Numbered from the stretch's first letter, positions 33,601-42,796 are shown. The stretch is 64,000 nt of DNA from Acidimicrobiia bacterium (GCA_035948415.1 DASZJD010000111.1:17873-81872), one strand, 5' to 3'. Program-made: numbers and translations. Notes: generated by a model not told the origin, from the sequence alone.

Positions 33601-35108
33601 CAGTGGAGGAAGTGGCGTTCGCCGGTCAGCACCATCGCCAGGCCGAGCTCGTCGGCGCGCTCGATGAGGTCGTCGTCGCGCATCGCCCCGCCCGGCTGGA
33701 CCACCACCGCCACGCCGGCCGCGGCGGCGGCCTCGATCCCGTCCGGGAAGGGGTAGAAGGCGTCGCTGGCGGAGGCGCCCCCGGCGGCCCGGCCGGCGGC
33801 CTTGCGCGCCGCGATCTCGGCGGCGTCGACCCGCTTCTGCTGGCCGGCGCCGATCCCGACCGCCTGCCCGTCCCGCACGAGCACGATGGCGTTCGACTTC
33901 ACGTGGCCGCACACGCGCCACGCCAGCTCGGCGTCCTTCCACTGCTCGTCGGTGGGCGCCACCTTCGTCACCACCCGCCAGTCGTCCCGACCGGCAACGA
34001 AGCGATGCGGCTCCTGCACCAAGAAGCCACCGGAGATCTGCCGCACGTCGCGGCGCTGGGGCTCGGGCGGGGGCGCCTCAAGGACGCGGGTGTTCTTGCG
34101 CTTGGCCATCAACGCGTCGACGGTCCCGGCGGCGTAGCCGGGGGCGACGACGACGTCGGCCTGCGGGCCGGCCACCATCGGCGCCGCGGTGGCGGCGTCG
34201 AGCGGTCGGTTCAGCGCGACAACGCCGCCGAAGGCCGACTGCTCGTCGCAGGCGAGCGCGCGGGCGTAGGCGGTGCGCAGGTCGTCCGCGACGGCGACCC
34301 CGCACGGGTTCGCGTGCTTGATGATGGCGCAGGCGGGACGCGAGCCGAGGTCGTGCACGAGACGCCAGGCGGCGTCGGTGTCGTAGAAGTTGAGGTACGA
34401 GAGCGCCAGACCGCTGTGCTGCTCCACCGCGTCCCACCACGACGTCGTCCCGACGAGTCGGTACCGCGCCGCCCGCTGGTGCGGGTTCTCGCCGTACCGC
34501 AACGCCTCGTCGGTCCGCTCGAGTGGGAGGACCAGATGCGGAGGCAGCAGCTCGTCGCCCTCGAGCCAGCCGACGATCGCGGCGTCGTACGCGGCGGTGT
34601 GGGCGAAGGCCTCGCGCGCGAGTCGTCGGCGGGTGTCCGAGGACAGCGCGCCGTCGTTCGCGCGGAGCTCGGCCAGCACGTCGCCGTACTGGGCCGGGCT
34701 CGTCACGACCCCGACCCAGGCGTGGTTCTTGGCCGCGGCCCGGACCATGGTCGGGCCCCCCACGTCGATGGTCTCGATCCCCGGGCGAGCCGCGAACGGG
34801 TACAGGTTGCTGACGACGAGGTCGAACGGCGCGATCCCGTGACGCTCGAGGTCGGCTCGGTGGCCGGGGTTGCCGAGGTCGGCGAGCAGGCCGGCGTGGA
34901 CCCGCGGGTGCAGCGTCTTGACCCGGCCGTCGAGCATCTCGGGCGCGCCCGTCAGCGCCTCGACCGTGGTGACGGGCAGGCCGGCCTCGGTGAGCGCGGC
35001 GGCGGTCCCGCCCGACGCCACGAGCTCGAAGCCGAGCTCGTGCAGGCCGCGGGCGAACTCGACCAGGCCGGCCCGGTCGAAGACCGAGACGAGCGCACGC
35101 GGGCTCAC
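33600..35108 (-). CDS. purH: Bifunctional AICAR transformylase / IMP cyclohydrolase
   Basis: ORF 33600..35279 trimmed to GTG 35108, which overlaps the purN stop (GTGA). Motifs: ALVSVFDRAGLVEFARGL, LDGRVKTLHP and a C-terminal QPGGAMRD. Confidence 0.94.
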   Translation of the reverse strand: MSPRALVSVFDRAGLVEFARGLHELGFELVASGGTAAALTEAGLPVTTVEALTGAPEMLDGRVKTLHPRVHAGLLADLGNPGHRADLERHGIAPFDLVVSNLYPFAARPGIETIDVGGPTMVRAAAKNHAWVGVVTSPAQYGDVLAELRANDGALSSDTRRRLAREAFAHTAAYDAAIVGWLEGDELLPPHLVLPLERTDEALRYGENPHQRAARYRLVGTTSWWDAVEQHSGLALSYLNFYDTDAAWRLVHDLGSRPACAIIKHANPCGVAVADDLRTAYARALACDEQSAFGGVVALNRPLDAATAAPMVAGPQADVVVAPGYAAGTVDALMAKRKNTRVLEAPPPEPQRRDVRQISGGFLVQEPHRFVAGRDDWRVVTKVAPTDEQWKDAELAWRVCGHVKSNAIVLVRDGQAVGIGAGQQKRVDAAEIAARKAAGRAAGGASASDAFYPFPDGIEAAAAAGVAVVVQPGGAMRDDDLIERADELGLAMVLTGERHFLH

Positions 35109-35668
35109 GACCGCTCGTCCTCGAGGAGAGCCCGCAGGACTTCGGGATAGCGGCGCCGCTCGACCTGCTTGATCCGCTCGTGCAGCGTCTCGACGGTGTC
35201 GTCGTCGAGGACGGGCACCGGCTCCTGGGCCAGGATCGGGCCGTCGTCCACCTCGAGCGTGGCGAGGTGGGCCGTCCACCCCGTGACCTTGACCCCCGCG
35301 CCCATCGCGTCTTCGACCGCGTGCCAGCCCTTGAACGCCGGTAGCAGCGCCGGGTGGGTGTTGACGATCCGCCGGGGGTAGGCGTCGTGGACCGGCTCGC
35401 CGAGGATGGTGCCGAACCCGGCCATCGCGACCAGGTCGACCTCGTGACGCTTCAGCGCGTCGACGACCCGGTGCGTGTAGCTGATCCGATCGAAGTCAGG
35501 CCCGAACGACGTGCGCTCGACGAGCTCGACCGGCACGCCCGCCGCCGCCGCCCGGTCGGTGGCCGCGCACGTCCGGTCGACGACCACCACCCCGACCGGC
35601 AGGCCCGCGTCGAGGATGGCCTGCAGAATCGTCCCGCTCCCCGACGCGAGCACTCCCAGCCGTTGCAC
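35105..35668 (-). CDS. purN: Phosphoribosylglycinamide formyltransferase
   Basis: This is the 3' part of the 475-aa ORF, trimmed to GTG 35668 (VQRLGVLASGSGTILQAIL). Motifs: VAMAGFGTIL, NTHPALLPAFKG and GWTAHL..EVDDGPILAQ. Confidence 0.9.
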   Translation of the reverse strand: MQRLGVLASGSGTILQAILDAGLPVGVVVVDRTCAATDRAAAAGVPVELVERTSFGPDFDRISYTHRVVDALKRHEVDLVAMAGFGTILGEPVHDAYPRRIVNTHPALLPAFKGWHAVEDAMGAGVKVTGWTAHLATLEVDDGPILAQEPVPVLDDDTVETLHERIKQVERRRYPEVLRALLEDERS

Positions 35669-35776
35669 GAGTCGAAGGTAGCCGAGGGCCGACCCGCACC
35701 GACGCGGGCTAGCGTCGCAGACCCGGCCCCCGGCTGGGCGCGGCCCCGACCACGGGCGGCGGGAGGGACCATCACC

Positions 35777-36274
35777 GTGGACGTGCGGCAGCTCAGCCCG
35801 GGCGAGCAGCTCATCGGCGTCAGCGGCGTCGCCCTCTTCGGCGTGTCCTTCCTCGACTGGGTCGGCGCACGAATCACGACGCTCACCATCCACGGGCGGT
35901 CGCAGTCCCTTCCGAGCAGCGCCTACCGCTTCAGCGACAACGCCTGGGCCCACCCCGCCACCTTCCTCGCCGTTCTCATCGGCGTGCTGATGCTGGGCTA
36001 CGTCGCGTTGCGGCTCGTCGGCCTCGAGCCTCCGCGTTCCGCGGTCACCGGACGGATCCTCGCGGGACTCGGCCTGCTGGCGCTCGTCCTGGTCATCGGC
36101 CAGCTGCTCGCGGGACCGCACGTCGACCTGGCCGCGTTCGGCCTTCCGAGCTCGGCGAACCTCGGCGGCGTGCACATCTCCTTCGTGAAGACGCGCAGCC
36201 CCGGTGCCTACGCGGGCCTCGTCGCGACCGCGGGGCTCGCCGGCGGCGGTTACCTCGTCCTGCGAGGTCGTTGA
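35777..36274 (+). CDS. Integral membrane protein (165 aa), paralogue of 36459..36917
   Basis: ORF 35354..36274 trimmed to GTG 35777, with GGGAGGGA 9 nt upstream. The N-terminal motif is LSPGEQLIGVSGVALFGVSFLDW, and there are about 4 TM helices. Confidence 0.65.
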   Translation: MDVRQLSPGEQLIGVSGVALFGVSFLDWVGARITTLTIHGRSQSLPSSAYRFSDNAWAHPATFLAVLIGVLMLGYVALRLVGLEPPRSAVTGRILAGLGLLALVLVIGQLLAGPHVDLAAFGLPSSANLGGVHISFVKTRSPGAYAGLVATAGLAGGGYLVLRGR

Positions 36275-36458
36275 TCCGAGAGCCGCGGGCTCGTCAATGC
36301 TTGCAATCGACCTTTCACCGTGTTGTGCTGCTTCGGGTGCGTCGGCGCCGCGGGCGGCGGTGCACTGGACAACGTGATGACCCGACCGCACCGATGCCGT
36401 TGGCGTCACGCACCTCGTGGCGTCACCGCAACGGTGGAGATCGATTAGAGGGGATCGC

Positions 36459-36917
36459 ATGGCCGACGGCAGCCAGGTCAACCTGAAGCTCACGCCGGGT
36501 GAGATCCTCATCGGGGCGGGGGCGCTCATCACCTTCGTATTCTCGTTTTTCGACTTCTACAGCGCCCCGTCATTCTCGACGTCTCGGGGCACGTTCGGTG
36601 GCGGAATCAGCGCATGGGGCGACGGACTCCTTCCGATTGCAACTCTCATCGTCTTCCTCACTGTGGTCATGGGCCTGCAGGTCGTGCTCGTCAATCTGCT
36701 GAGCGTCGACCTTGGTCCCGGCATTGGCGGCTTCACCTGGCCGCAGATCCATCTCGCGCTCGGGTTCTTCGCCGTCGTTGACTCACTCGCCTTCCTAGCG
36801 GTGAAGAAGGGTGGCTATGACATCGGTATCGGGTTGATCTTCATGCTGCTCGGCTCGGTCGCATGCTTCATCGGTGCCGTCCTGATTACGAACGAGCGGG
36901 CGACGTCCAAAGCCTGA
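36459..36917 (+). CDS. Integral membrane protein (152 aa), paralogue of 35777..36274, with atypically A/T-rich codon third positions
   Basis: ATG 36459 is preceded by GAGGGGA. The N-terminal motif LTPGEILIGAGALITFVFSFFDF matches the upstream neighbour. There are about 4 TM helices. Confidence 0.65.
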   Translation: MADGSQVNLKLTPGEILIGAGALITFVFSFFDFYSAPSFSTSRGTFGGGISAWGDGLLPIATLIVFLTVVMGLQVVLVNLLSVDLGPGIGGFTWPQIHLALGFFAVVDSLAFLAVKKGGYDIGIGLIFMLLGSVACFIGAVLITNERATSKA

Positions 36918-37031
36918 CCGGCAACAGACCTCGACGAGATGGTCGCTCTCTTCGGCTTGGCCGCTCGGCAGTAGGGCGTTTCTCCGCGACCGCTGGGCGA
37001 CGCACCGAACGCCGGCGGGCCCTCGCCCGAG

Positions 37032-37361
37032 CTAGAGGTTGCTGATCCCGTAGCCGAGCCACGCCGCGGCTGCGATCGCGGTCAGACCGATCGCGATCCA
37101 GCCGAGCACGATCCCGGTGATCGCCAAGCCCCGGCCCTTCTGGCCGCCGTTCGACTCGTCGATGCGCGCGAGTGCGAGGTTCCCGAAGATCACGGCCAGG
37201 ATGCCCCCGATGATCCCGGTGCAGAGAACCGCGATCCCGAGCACCAGGGCCGCCACCGCGAGCCCGTTCGTGGTTCGCCTCGCCGCGGGCGGGGACGCGG
37301 GCGACCATCCCGCCGGCGGTGGTGGTGGAGGAGGAGGGGGTGGCACCGGGGCCGACGTCAC
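37032..37361 (-). CDS. DUF4190-like small membrane protein with an N-terminal poly-proline tract
   Basis: 109 aa. P10 run at aa 7-16 (nt 37314-37343), followed by two TM helices: GLAVAALVLGIAVLC...GIIGGILAVIFG and AITGIVLGWIAI. Confidence 0.75.
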   Translation of the reverse strand: MTSAPVPPPPPPPPPPAGWSPASPPAARRTTNGLAVAALVLGIAVLCTGIIGGILAVIFGNLALARIDESNGGQKGRGLAITGIVLGWIAIGLTAIAAAAWLGYGISNL

Positions 37362-37369
37362 GGCGTCGA

Positions 37370-37375
37370 AGCCTA
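37370..37375 (-). promoter_or_regulatory. -10-like hexamer TAGGCT (minus strand), 8 nt upstream of GTG 37361 (putative leaderless promoter)
   Basis: TANNNT form with no SD-like motif. Confidence 0.35.
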
Positions 37376-37428
37376 CGCGGGCAATCCGCCGGTGGCGCGT
37401 CCGCCGACCGGGCCGGCCTCAACGCGGG

Positions 37429-38313
37429 TCAGAGGTCGGCGACCACCTCGACCATGAGGGCGCCCGTCGAGGTCGGGTTGAGCCCGACGCGGGCCCCGGC
37501 GTCGCGCAGCGCGTCCATCTTGGCCTGCGCGGTGCCTTTGCCGCCGGAGACGATCGCGCCCGCATGCCCCATCTTCTTGCCGGGCGGCGCGGTGACGCCG
37601 GCGATGTAGGCGACGACGGGCTTGGTCATCTCCGTCTTGATGTACTCGGCGGCCTCTTCCTCGGCCGAGCCGCCGATCTCGCCGATCATCATCACCGCCC
37701 GCGTCTCCGGGTCGGCCTCGAAGGCCTGGAGGCAGTCGATGAAGCTGGTTCCCGGAACCGGGTCGCCGCCGATCCCGACACAGGTGGTGACGCCGATGCC
37801 CTGCTGCTTCAGCTCGTAGAGGGCCTGGTAGGTGAGGGTTCCAGACCGGCTCACGATGCCGACCGGACCACCGGCCTGGGCGATGTGCCCGGCCGTAATC
37901 CCGATGTTGCACCGGCCGGGGCTGATGATGCCGGGGCAGTTCGGGCCGAGCAGGCGCACGTTCGGATGGTCGCGGCGCAGCGCGTTGAAGAACCAGGCCT
38001 CGTCGTGCATCGGGACGCCTTCGGTGATCACGACGATGAACTCCACGCCGCCCTCGGCCGCGTCAAGCACCGCGTCCCGCACGCCCGGCGCAGGGATGAA
38101 GACGCACGAGGCGTCGGCGCCAGTCTCTTTCACGGCCTCGGCCACGGTGGCGAAGATCGGGATCCCGGCCACGTCGGTCCCCGCCTTCTTCGGGTTCGTG
38201 CCCGCCACCACCTGGGTGCCGTAGTCGCGGTTCAGGAGCCCGTAGAAGCGGCCCTGAGATCCGGTGAGGCCCTGGTACACGACCTTCGTGGTCGCGTCGA
38301 CGAAGATGCTCAT
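37429..38313 (-). CDS. sucD: Succinyl-CoA synthetase subunit alpha
   Basis: 294 aa. Motifs: VVYQGLTGSQG, GIVSRSGTLTYQ and GHAGAIVSGGKGTA (phosphohistidine loop). Confidence 0.96.
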   Translation of the reverse strand: MSIFVDATTKVVYQGLTGSQGRFYGLLNRDYGTQVVAGTNPKKAGTDVAGIPIFATVAEAVKETGADASCVFIPAPGVRDAVLDAAEGGVEFIVVITEGVPMHDEAWFFNALRRDHPNVRLLGPNCPGIISPGRCNIGITAGHIAQAGGPVGIVSRSGTLTYQALYELKQQGIGVTTCVGIGGDPVPGTSFIDCLQAFEADPETRAVMMIGEIGGSAEEEAAEYIKTEMTKPVVAYIAGVTAPPGKKMGHAGAIVSGGKGTAQAKMDALRDAGARVGLNPTSTGALMVEVVADL

Positions 38314-38320
38314 GCGTCGC

Positions 38321-39469
38321 TCACCGCCGATCGCGCGCCATCGCCACCGCGACGCGGGCAGCGTCGAGCATCGTCGGCTCCAGTCGGAGGCGGTCGGAGC
38401 GGTGCGGCTCGAGGATCGCCCGTCCCTCCTCGGCGTTCGTGCCGTCGAGGCGGATCACGATCGGCGACTCGATCGCGACGCGGCCGAGGGCCTGGACGAT
38501 GCCGGTCGCCACCTCCTCCCCTTTGGTGATGCCACCGAAGATGTTGATGAAGATGGCTCGCACGTTCGGGTCGTGGTTGATCACCTCGAGCGCGCCGGCC
38601 ATCACGTCGGCGTTCGCGCCGCCCCCGATGTCGAGGAAGTTGGCGGGGTTGCCGCCGACCTCGTTCACGACGTCGACGGTGCTCATGGCGAGCCCGGCGC
38701 CGTTGGCGATCACGCCCACGTCGCCGTCGAGGCCCACGTACTGGAGGCCCTTGCCGAAGGCCTCCTGCTCACGGGCGTCCCGGGGCTGGGTCTGCTCGTA
38801 CTGCTCGTAGTCGGGGTGGCGAAAGATGGAATTGGCGTCGAGGGTGACCTTGGCGTCGAGCGCGCGCACCTCGCCGTCGGTGGTGAGGATCAACGGGTTC
38901 ACCTCGACGAGCTCGGCGTCGCCCTCCTCGTAACAGCGCCAGAGCTTGAGGAGGATCTGGGTGGTCGCAGCTCGGGCCTCGGTGGCGAGCCCGGCGGCGC
39001 TCACCCATTCCTCGCACTGGCCGGGGGTGAGGCCATCGACCGGGTCGACGCGGATGCGGGCGATGGCGTCGGGGCTCGTCGCCGCGACCTCCTCGATCTC
39101 CACCCCGCCTTGCGCCGAGAGCAGCCCGAGGTGCTGCTTGGCCGAACGGTCGATCGTCAGCGAGGCGTAGTACTCACGGGCGATGTCACTGGCCCGTTCG
39201 ATCCAGACCAAGCCCACGCGGTGGCCCTTGATGTCCATGCCCAGGATGCTCGCGGCGTGGACGCGGCACTCGTCGGCGTCGGCGGCGAGCTTGATGCCCC
39301 CCGCCTTGCCTCGTCCCCCCACGTGCACCTGGGCCTTCACCACGACCGGGTACCCGATGCGGTCGGCGGCGGCGACGGCCTCGTCGACCGTCACCGCGGC
39401 CGCCCCGGGTGAGACCGGGATGTCGTAGCTCGCGAAGAGCTGCTTGCCTTGATACTCGAACAGGTCCAC
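38321..39469 (-). CDS. sucC: Succinyl-CoA synthetase subunit beta (ADP-forming)
   Basis: 382 aa. Motifs: MDLFEYQGKQLF, VVKAQVHVGGRGKAGGIK and NFLDIGGGA. GGAG lies upstream of the GTG. Confidence 0.96.
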   Translation of the reverse strand: MDLFEYQGKQLFASYDIPVSPGAAAVTVDEAVAAADRIGYPVVVKAQVHVGGRGKAGGIKLAADADECRVHAASILGMDIKGHRVGLVWIERASDIAREYYASLTIDRSAKQHLGLLSAQGGVEIEEVAATSPDAIARIRVDPVDGLTPGQCEEWVSAAGLATEARAATTQILLKLWRCYEEGDAELVEVNPLILTTDGEVRALDAKVTLDANSIFRHPDYEQYEQTQPRDAREQEAFGKGLQYVGLDGDVGVIANGAGLAMSTVDVVNEVGGNPANFLDIGGGANADVMAGALEVINHDPNVRAIFINIFGGITKGEEVATGIVQALGRVAIESPIVIRLDGTNAEEGRAILEPHRSDRLRLEPTMLDAARVAVAMARDRR

Positions 39470-39502
39470 TGCGACTCCTGGTCGTGGGGCGCGGCGGCGG
39501 CC

Positions 39503-39919
39503 TCAGCCCGCCACCGCGGACTCGCGGGCATCGAGCGCCTGCTCGAGCCATGCGGTGATCTCGCCGAGCGGCGCCCCGGGGGTGAACAGCCGGGCGACGC
39601 CCGCGGCCTCCAGGACGGGGAGGTCCTCGGCGGGGATGATCCCCCCGCCGAAGACGAGGACGTCGCCGCGGCCGCGCTCCTTGAGGAGGGCCACGACGCG
39701 GGAGAAGAGCGTGAGGTGGGCGCCGGAAAGGACGGACAGCCCGACGGCGTCGGCGTCCTCCTGGAGGCAGGTCTCGGCGACCTGCTCGGGCGTCTGGAAC
39801 AAGCCGGTGTAGATGACCTCGAAGCCGGCGTCTCGCAGCGCGCGCGCGATCACCTTGGCCCCACGGTCGTGGCCGTCGAGGCCCGGCTTGGCGATGATGA
39901 CGCGATAGCGCCGCTGCAT
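39503..39919 (-). CDS. Stand-alone cobalamin (B12)-binding domain protein, methylmalonyl-CoA-mutase small-subunit-like (138 aa)
   Basis: ORF 39503..40021 trimmed to ATG 39919. Motifs: [34 protein letters not shown] (DxHxxG B12 motif), SVLSGAH and VFGGGIIP. Confidence 0.85.
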   Translation of the reverse strand: MQRRYRVIIAKPGLDGHDRGAKVIARALRDAGFEVIYTGLFQTPEQVAETCLQEDADAVGLSVLSGAHLTLFSRVVALLKERGRGDVLVFGGGIIPAEDLPVLEAAGVARLFTPGAPLGEITAWLEQALDARESAVAG

Positions 39920-40008
39920 GCGCACCTCAGGGTCCAGCCCGTCGAAGAGGGCGCCAGCGTACGCAGGCCCGACTGGACCGGGCCAGCAGCGACGGGTACC
40001 AAAGGCAC

Positions 40009-40473
40009 GTGCCCCCCGCACGGTCCGATCGGCGGCTGCTGCTCCTCACCGGCGCCCTCGTGGTGCTCGCCGGAGCCGTCTTCGCGGCGGCGCTGTTCTT
40101 CGCGACCGGCGGCGGGCAGGCGGCGCCGAAGCCGGGACCGGTCTACATCGGGCTCGAGCGCGATCTCCGGAGTCGGATCGTGAAGGACCACCAGCCCCTC
40201 TACTTCGCGCATCCCTTCGGCGGGACCGGGATCTGGCTGGCGCTCGAGGACAACCGGCTCGTCCCGCTCGTGGCCCGTCGGCCCGGGGCGGGCTCGTGCA
40301 CGGTGGCGTGGAAGCCGTTCCAGCACGCCTACATCGACTGTCGAGGCCGCCGACTGTCGAGCCGCGAGCTCGACCGGTACCAGCTGAGCCTGCCGCAGCT
40401 GGGCGCCGAGGCGGGCGGGGTGATCGTGGACTTCCGGCACGTCGAACCCGCGCCGGCCCCGCTGCCGGCGTGA
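40009..40473 (+). CDS. Hypothetical N-terminally anchored/secreted protein (154 aa)
   Basis: The N-terminal hydrophobic segment is [27 protein letters not shown]3 is high and no family is recognised. Confidence 0.55.
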   Translation: MPPARSDRRLLLLTGALVVLAGAVFAAALFFATGGGQAAPKPGPVYIGLERDLRSRIVKDHQPLYFAHPFGGTGIWLALEDNRLVPLVARRPGAGSCTVAWKPFQHAYIDCRGRRLSSRELDRYQLSLPQLGAEAGGVIVDFRHVEPAPAPLPA

Positions 40474-40474
40474 C

Positions 40475-42796
40475 TCAGGCGCTGCCGCGGCGGAGCGGCG
40501 CCCACGCCAGCAGGAGCCGCTTCTCGCCCGCGTCGCGGAACCGAACGACGGCCTCGGCGGCGTCGCCGCGACCCTCGACGTCGAGCACGACGCCCTCGCC
40601 GAAGGTGTCGTGCACGACGTCGTCACCCACCCGGATGCCGAGCTCCTGGGCCCCCGGCCGGTCGGCGCCGGCGCGCAACGCCGCGTCGACGACGGCGTCA
40701 CGGTGGGCCTCGGGACCGCTGCCCCGCGGCCGCTCGAGGCCCACGGCGTGGACCAGCTCCTCCGGGATCTCGCTGAGGAACCGACTGGCCGAGTAATAGT
40801 CGGTGGCGCCGTACAGGGTGCGTCGCCACGCGTGGCAGAGGTAGAGACGCTCGCGGGCGCGTGTGATGCCGACGTAGCAGAGCCGTCGCTCCTCCTCCAG
40901 GGCCTCGGGCTCGCCGAGGCTCCGCAGGTGCGGGAAGACGCCGTCCTCGAGCCCGGTGATGAACACGACCGGGAACTCGAGCCCCTTCGCCGCGTGCAGG
41001 GTCATCAGCGTCACGGCGCTGTGGTCCTCGCCCTCACCCTCGGCGGCGTCGAGGTCGGTCACGAGCGACACCGCCTCGAGGAACGCGGCCAGGCGCGCCA
41101 CGCCGCCCGGCGCCGCGGCGGGCGCGCCGTCGTCGCCGGCGGTGCCCACGCCCGCGATTCCGGGCAGCCCGGTGAGGTCCCCGGCGTCGAGGGCCTCGTC
41201 GAACTCGCGGCACACCCCGATGAGCTCACCGAGGTTCTCGGTGCGGCCCTGGGCCTCGATCGAGCGCTCCGCCTCGAGCTCGGCCAGGTAGCCCGAGTGC
41301 TCGAGGATGGCCTCCACGGTGCGGGCCACGCCGCTGGCCGCCGTGCGCTCGAACAGGGCCATGAGCTCGAGCAGGTCCTGGATGCCGCCGAGCGCCTTCC
41401 CGGTGACGCCGGCGGCGGCGGCCTCCCCGAGCGCGTCGCGGAACGTCAGCCCGGCGGCGCGGGCGAACGCGTCGACCTTGCCGACCGAGGTGTCGCCAAC
41501 GCCTCGCTTCGGCACGTTCACGATCCGCTTCCACGACACCTCGTCGTCCGGGTTGACCAGCGCCCGCAGGAACGCCAGCGCGTCCTTCACCTCCCGTCGG
41601 TCGTAGAACTTGACCCCGCCGTAGACCCGGTACGGCACGCCGCTGCGCACGAGCGACTCCTCGAGGACGCGGCTCTGCGCGTTCGTGCGGTAGAAGACGG
41701 CGATGTCGCTGAAGCGACACCCCTCGGCCTCGACCAGGCGCATCGCCTCCTGCACGCAGAAGGCGGCCTCGTCGTGCTCGTCCTCGGCCTGGTACTGGGT
41801 GAGCAGCTCGCCGCCGACCTGCTCCGTCCACAGGTGCTTGGGGCGACGCGCCGCGTTGTGGGCGATGACCGCGTTGGCGGCGTCGAGGATGGCCTGCGTC
41901 GACCGGTAGTTCTGCTCGAGCACGATCACGGTGGCGTCCGGGAACTCCTCCTCGAAGCGGAGCAGGTTCCGGTAGTCGGCGCCGCGGAAGGCGTAGACGG
42001 CCTGGTCGGCGTCTCCGACCACCATCACGTTGCGGTGCTCGGCGGAAAGCAAGCGCACGAGCTCCCACTGGGCGAGGTTCGTGTCCTGGAACTCGTCGAC
42101 GAGCACGTGCGCGAACCGGTGGCGCCACCGGGCTAGCGCGTCCGGGTGCTCCCGGAACAGCCGGACCGCGAGGAGGAGTAGGTCGTCGAAGTCGACCGCC
42201 GACGCCTCGAGGAGCCGACGCTGGTACTCCCGGTAGACCTCGCCGTACCGGCGCTCCGCCGGCGTGACGGCGGACTCGAGGACCTCGTCCGGCGTGACCA
42301 GGTCGTTCTTGAACGCCGAGATCCGGGCGTGCAGCTGCCGGGGCGGGAACCGTTTGGGGTCGAGGTTGAGATCGCGGCGCACGTACTCGGCGAGCCGCAC
42401 CGCGTCGGCCTGGTCGTAGATGCTGAACGAGGAGCGCAGCCCGACCCGGGCCGCCTCGCGGCGGAGGATGCGGGCACAGGCCGAGTGGAAGGTCGAGACC
42501 CACATGCGGTGCGCCACCGGCCCGACGAGGTTCGCGACCCGCTCCTTCATCTCCCCCGCGGCCTTGTTCGTGAAGGTGATGGCGAGCAGCCCGAACGGCG
42601 ACACCCGTCGGGTGGCGATGAGGTAGGCGACCCGGTGCGTGAGCACTCGGGTCTTCCCGGAACCGGCGCCGGCGACGACGAGCAGCGGGCCGTCCGGCGC
42701 GGTCGCAGCTTCGCGTTGGACCGGGTTCAGGCCCGCCAGCAGCGAGTCGAGCTCCGAGGCGCCTGTCGGCACGACCGGCGCGGCGGAGTCGGGCAT
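40475..42796 (-). CDS. pcrA: ATP-dependent DNA helicase PcrA/UvrD (SF1)
   Basis: 773 aa. Motifs: LNPVQREAATAPDGPLLVVAGAGSGKTRVLTHR, VDEFQDTN, YRSTQAIL and VTLMTLHAAKGLEF. Confidence 0.95.
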   Translation of the reverse strand: MPDSAAPVVPTGASELDSLLAGLNPVQREAATAPDGPLLVVAGAGSGKTRVLTHRVAYLIATRRVSPFGLLAITFTNKAAGEMKERVANLVGPVAHRMWVSTFHSACARILRREAARVGLRSSFSIYDQADAVRLAEYVRRDLNLDPKRFPPRQLHARISAFKNDLVTPDEVLESAVTPAERRYGEVYREYQRRLLEASAVDFDDLLLLAVRLFREHPDALARWRHRFAHVLVDEFQDTNLAQWELVRLLSAEHRNVMVVGDADQAVYAFRGADYRNLLRFEEEFPDATVIVLEQNYRSTQAILDAANAVIAHNAARRPKHLWTEQVGGELLTQYQAEDEHDEAAFCVQEAMRLVEAEGCRFSDIAVFYRTNAQSRVLEESLVRSGVPYRVYGGVKFYDRREVKDALAFLRALVNPDDEVSWKRIVNVPKRGVGDTSVGKVDAFARAAGLTFRDALGEAAAAGVTGKALGGIQDLLELMALFERTAASGVARTVEAILEHSGYLAELEAERSIEAQGRTENLGELIGVCREFDEALDAGDLTGLPGIAGVGTAGDDGAPAAAPGGVARLAAFLEAVSLVTDLDAAEGEGEDHSAVTLMTLHAAKGLEFPVVFITGLEDGVFPHLRSLGEPEALEEERRLCYVGITRARERLYLCHAWRRTLYGATDYYSASRFLSEIPEELVHAVGLERPRGSGPEAHRDAVVDAALRAGADRPGAQELGIRVGDDVVHDTFGEGVVLDVEGRGDAAEAVVRFRDAGEKRLLLAWAPLRRGSA

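Noticed and set aside
35105-36532. Long 5' extensions of real genes in the ORF track. Examples: purN as 475 aa, folD as 400 aa, purH as 559 aa, GuaB3-like as 471 aa, tsaD as 592 aa, hydrolase as 570 aa, nnr as 610 aa, MOSC as 376 aa, and the cyclase as 423 aa.
   Set aside because: The family-typical N-termini begin far downstream. There they coincide with SD-like motifs or with 4-nt/1-nt overlaps to the upstream stop. The extensions are low-complexity Arg/Pro/Gly sequence that overlaps the neighbouring genes.
37314-37343. Purine-rich ggtggtggtggaggaggagggggtgg tract as a regulatory or G-quadruplex-type element.
   Set aside because: It is the antisense of ten consecutive proline codons in the DUF4190-like gene. 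The coding explanation is sufficient.
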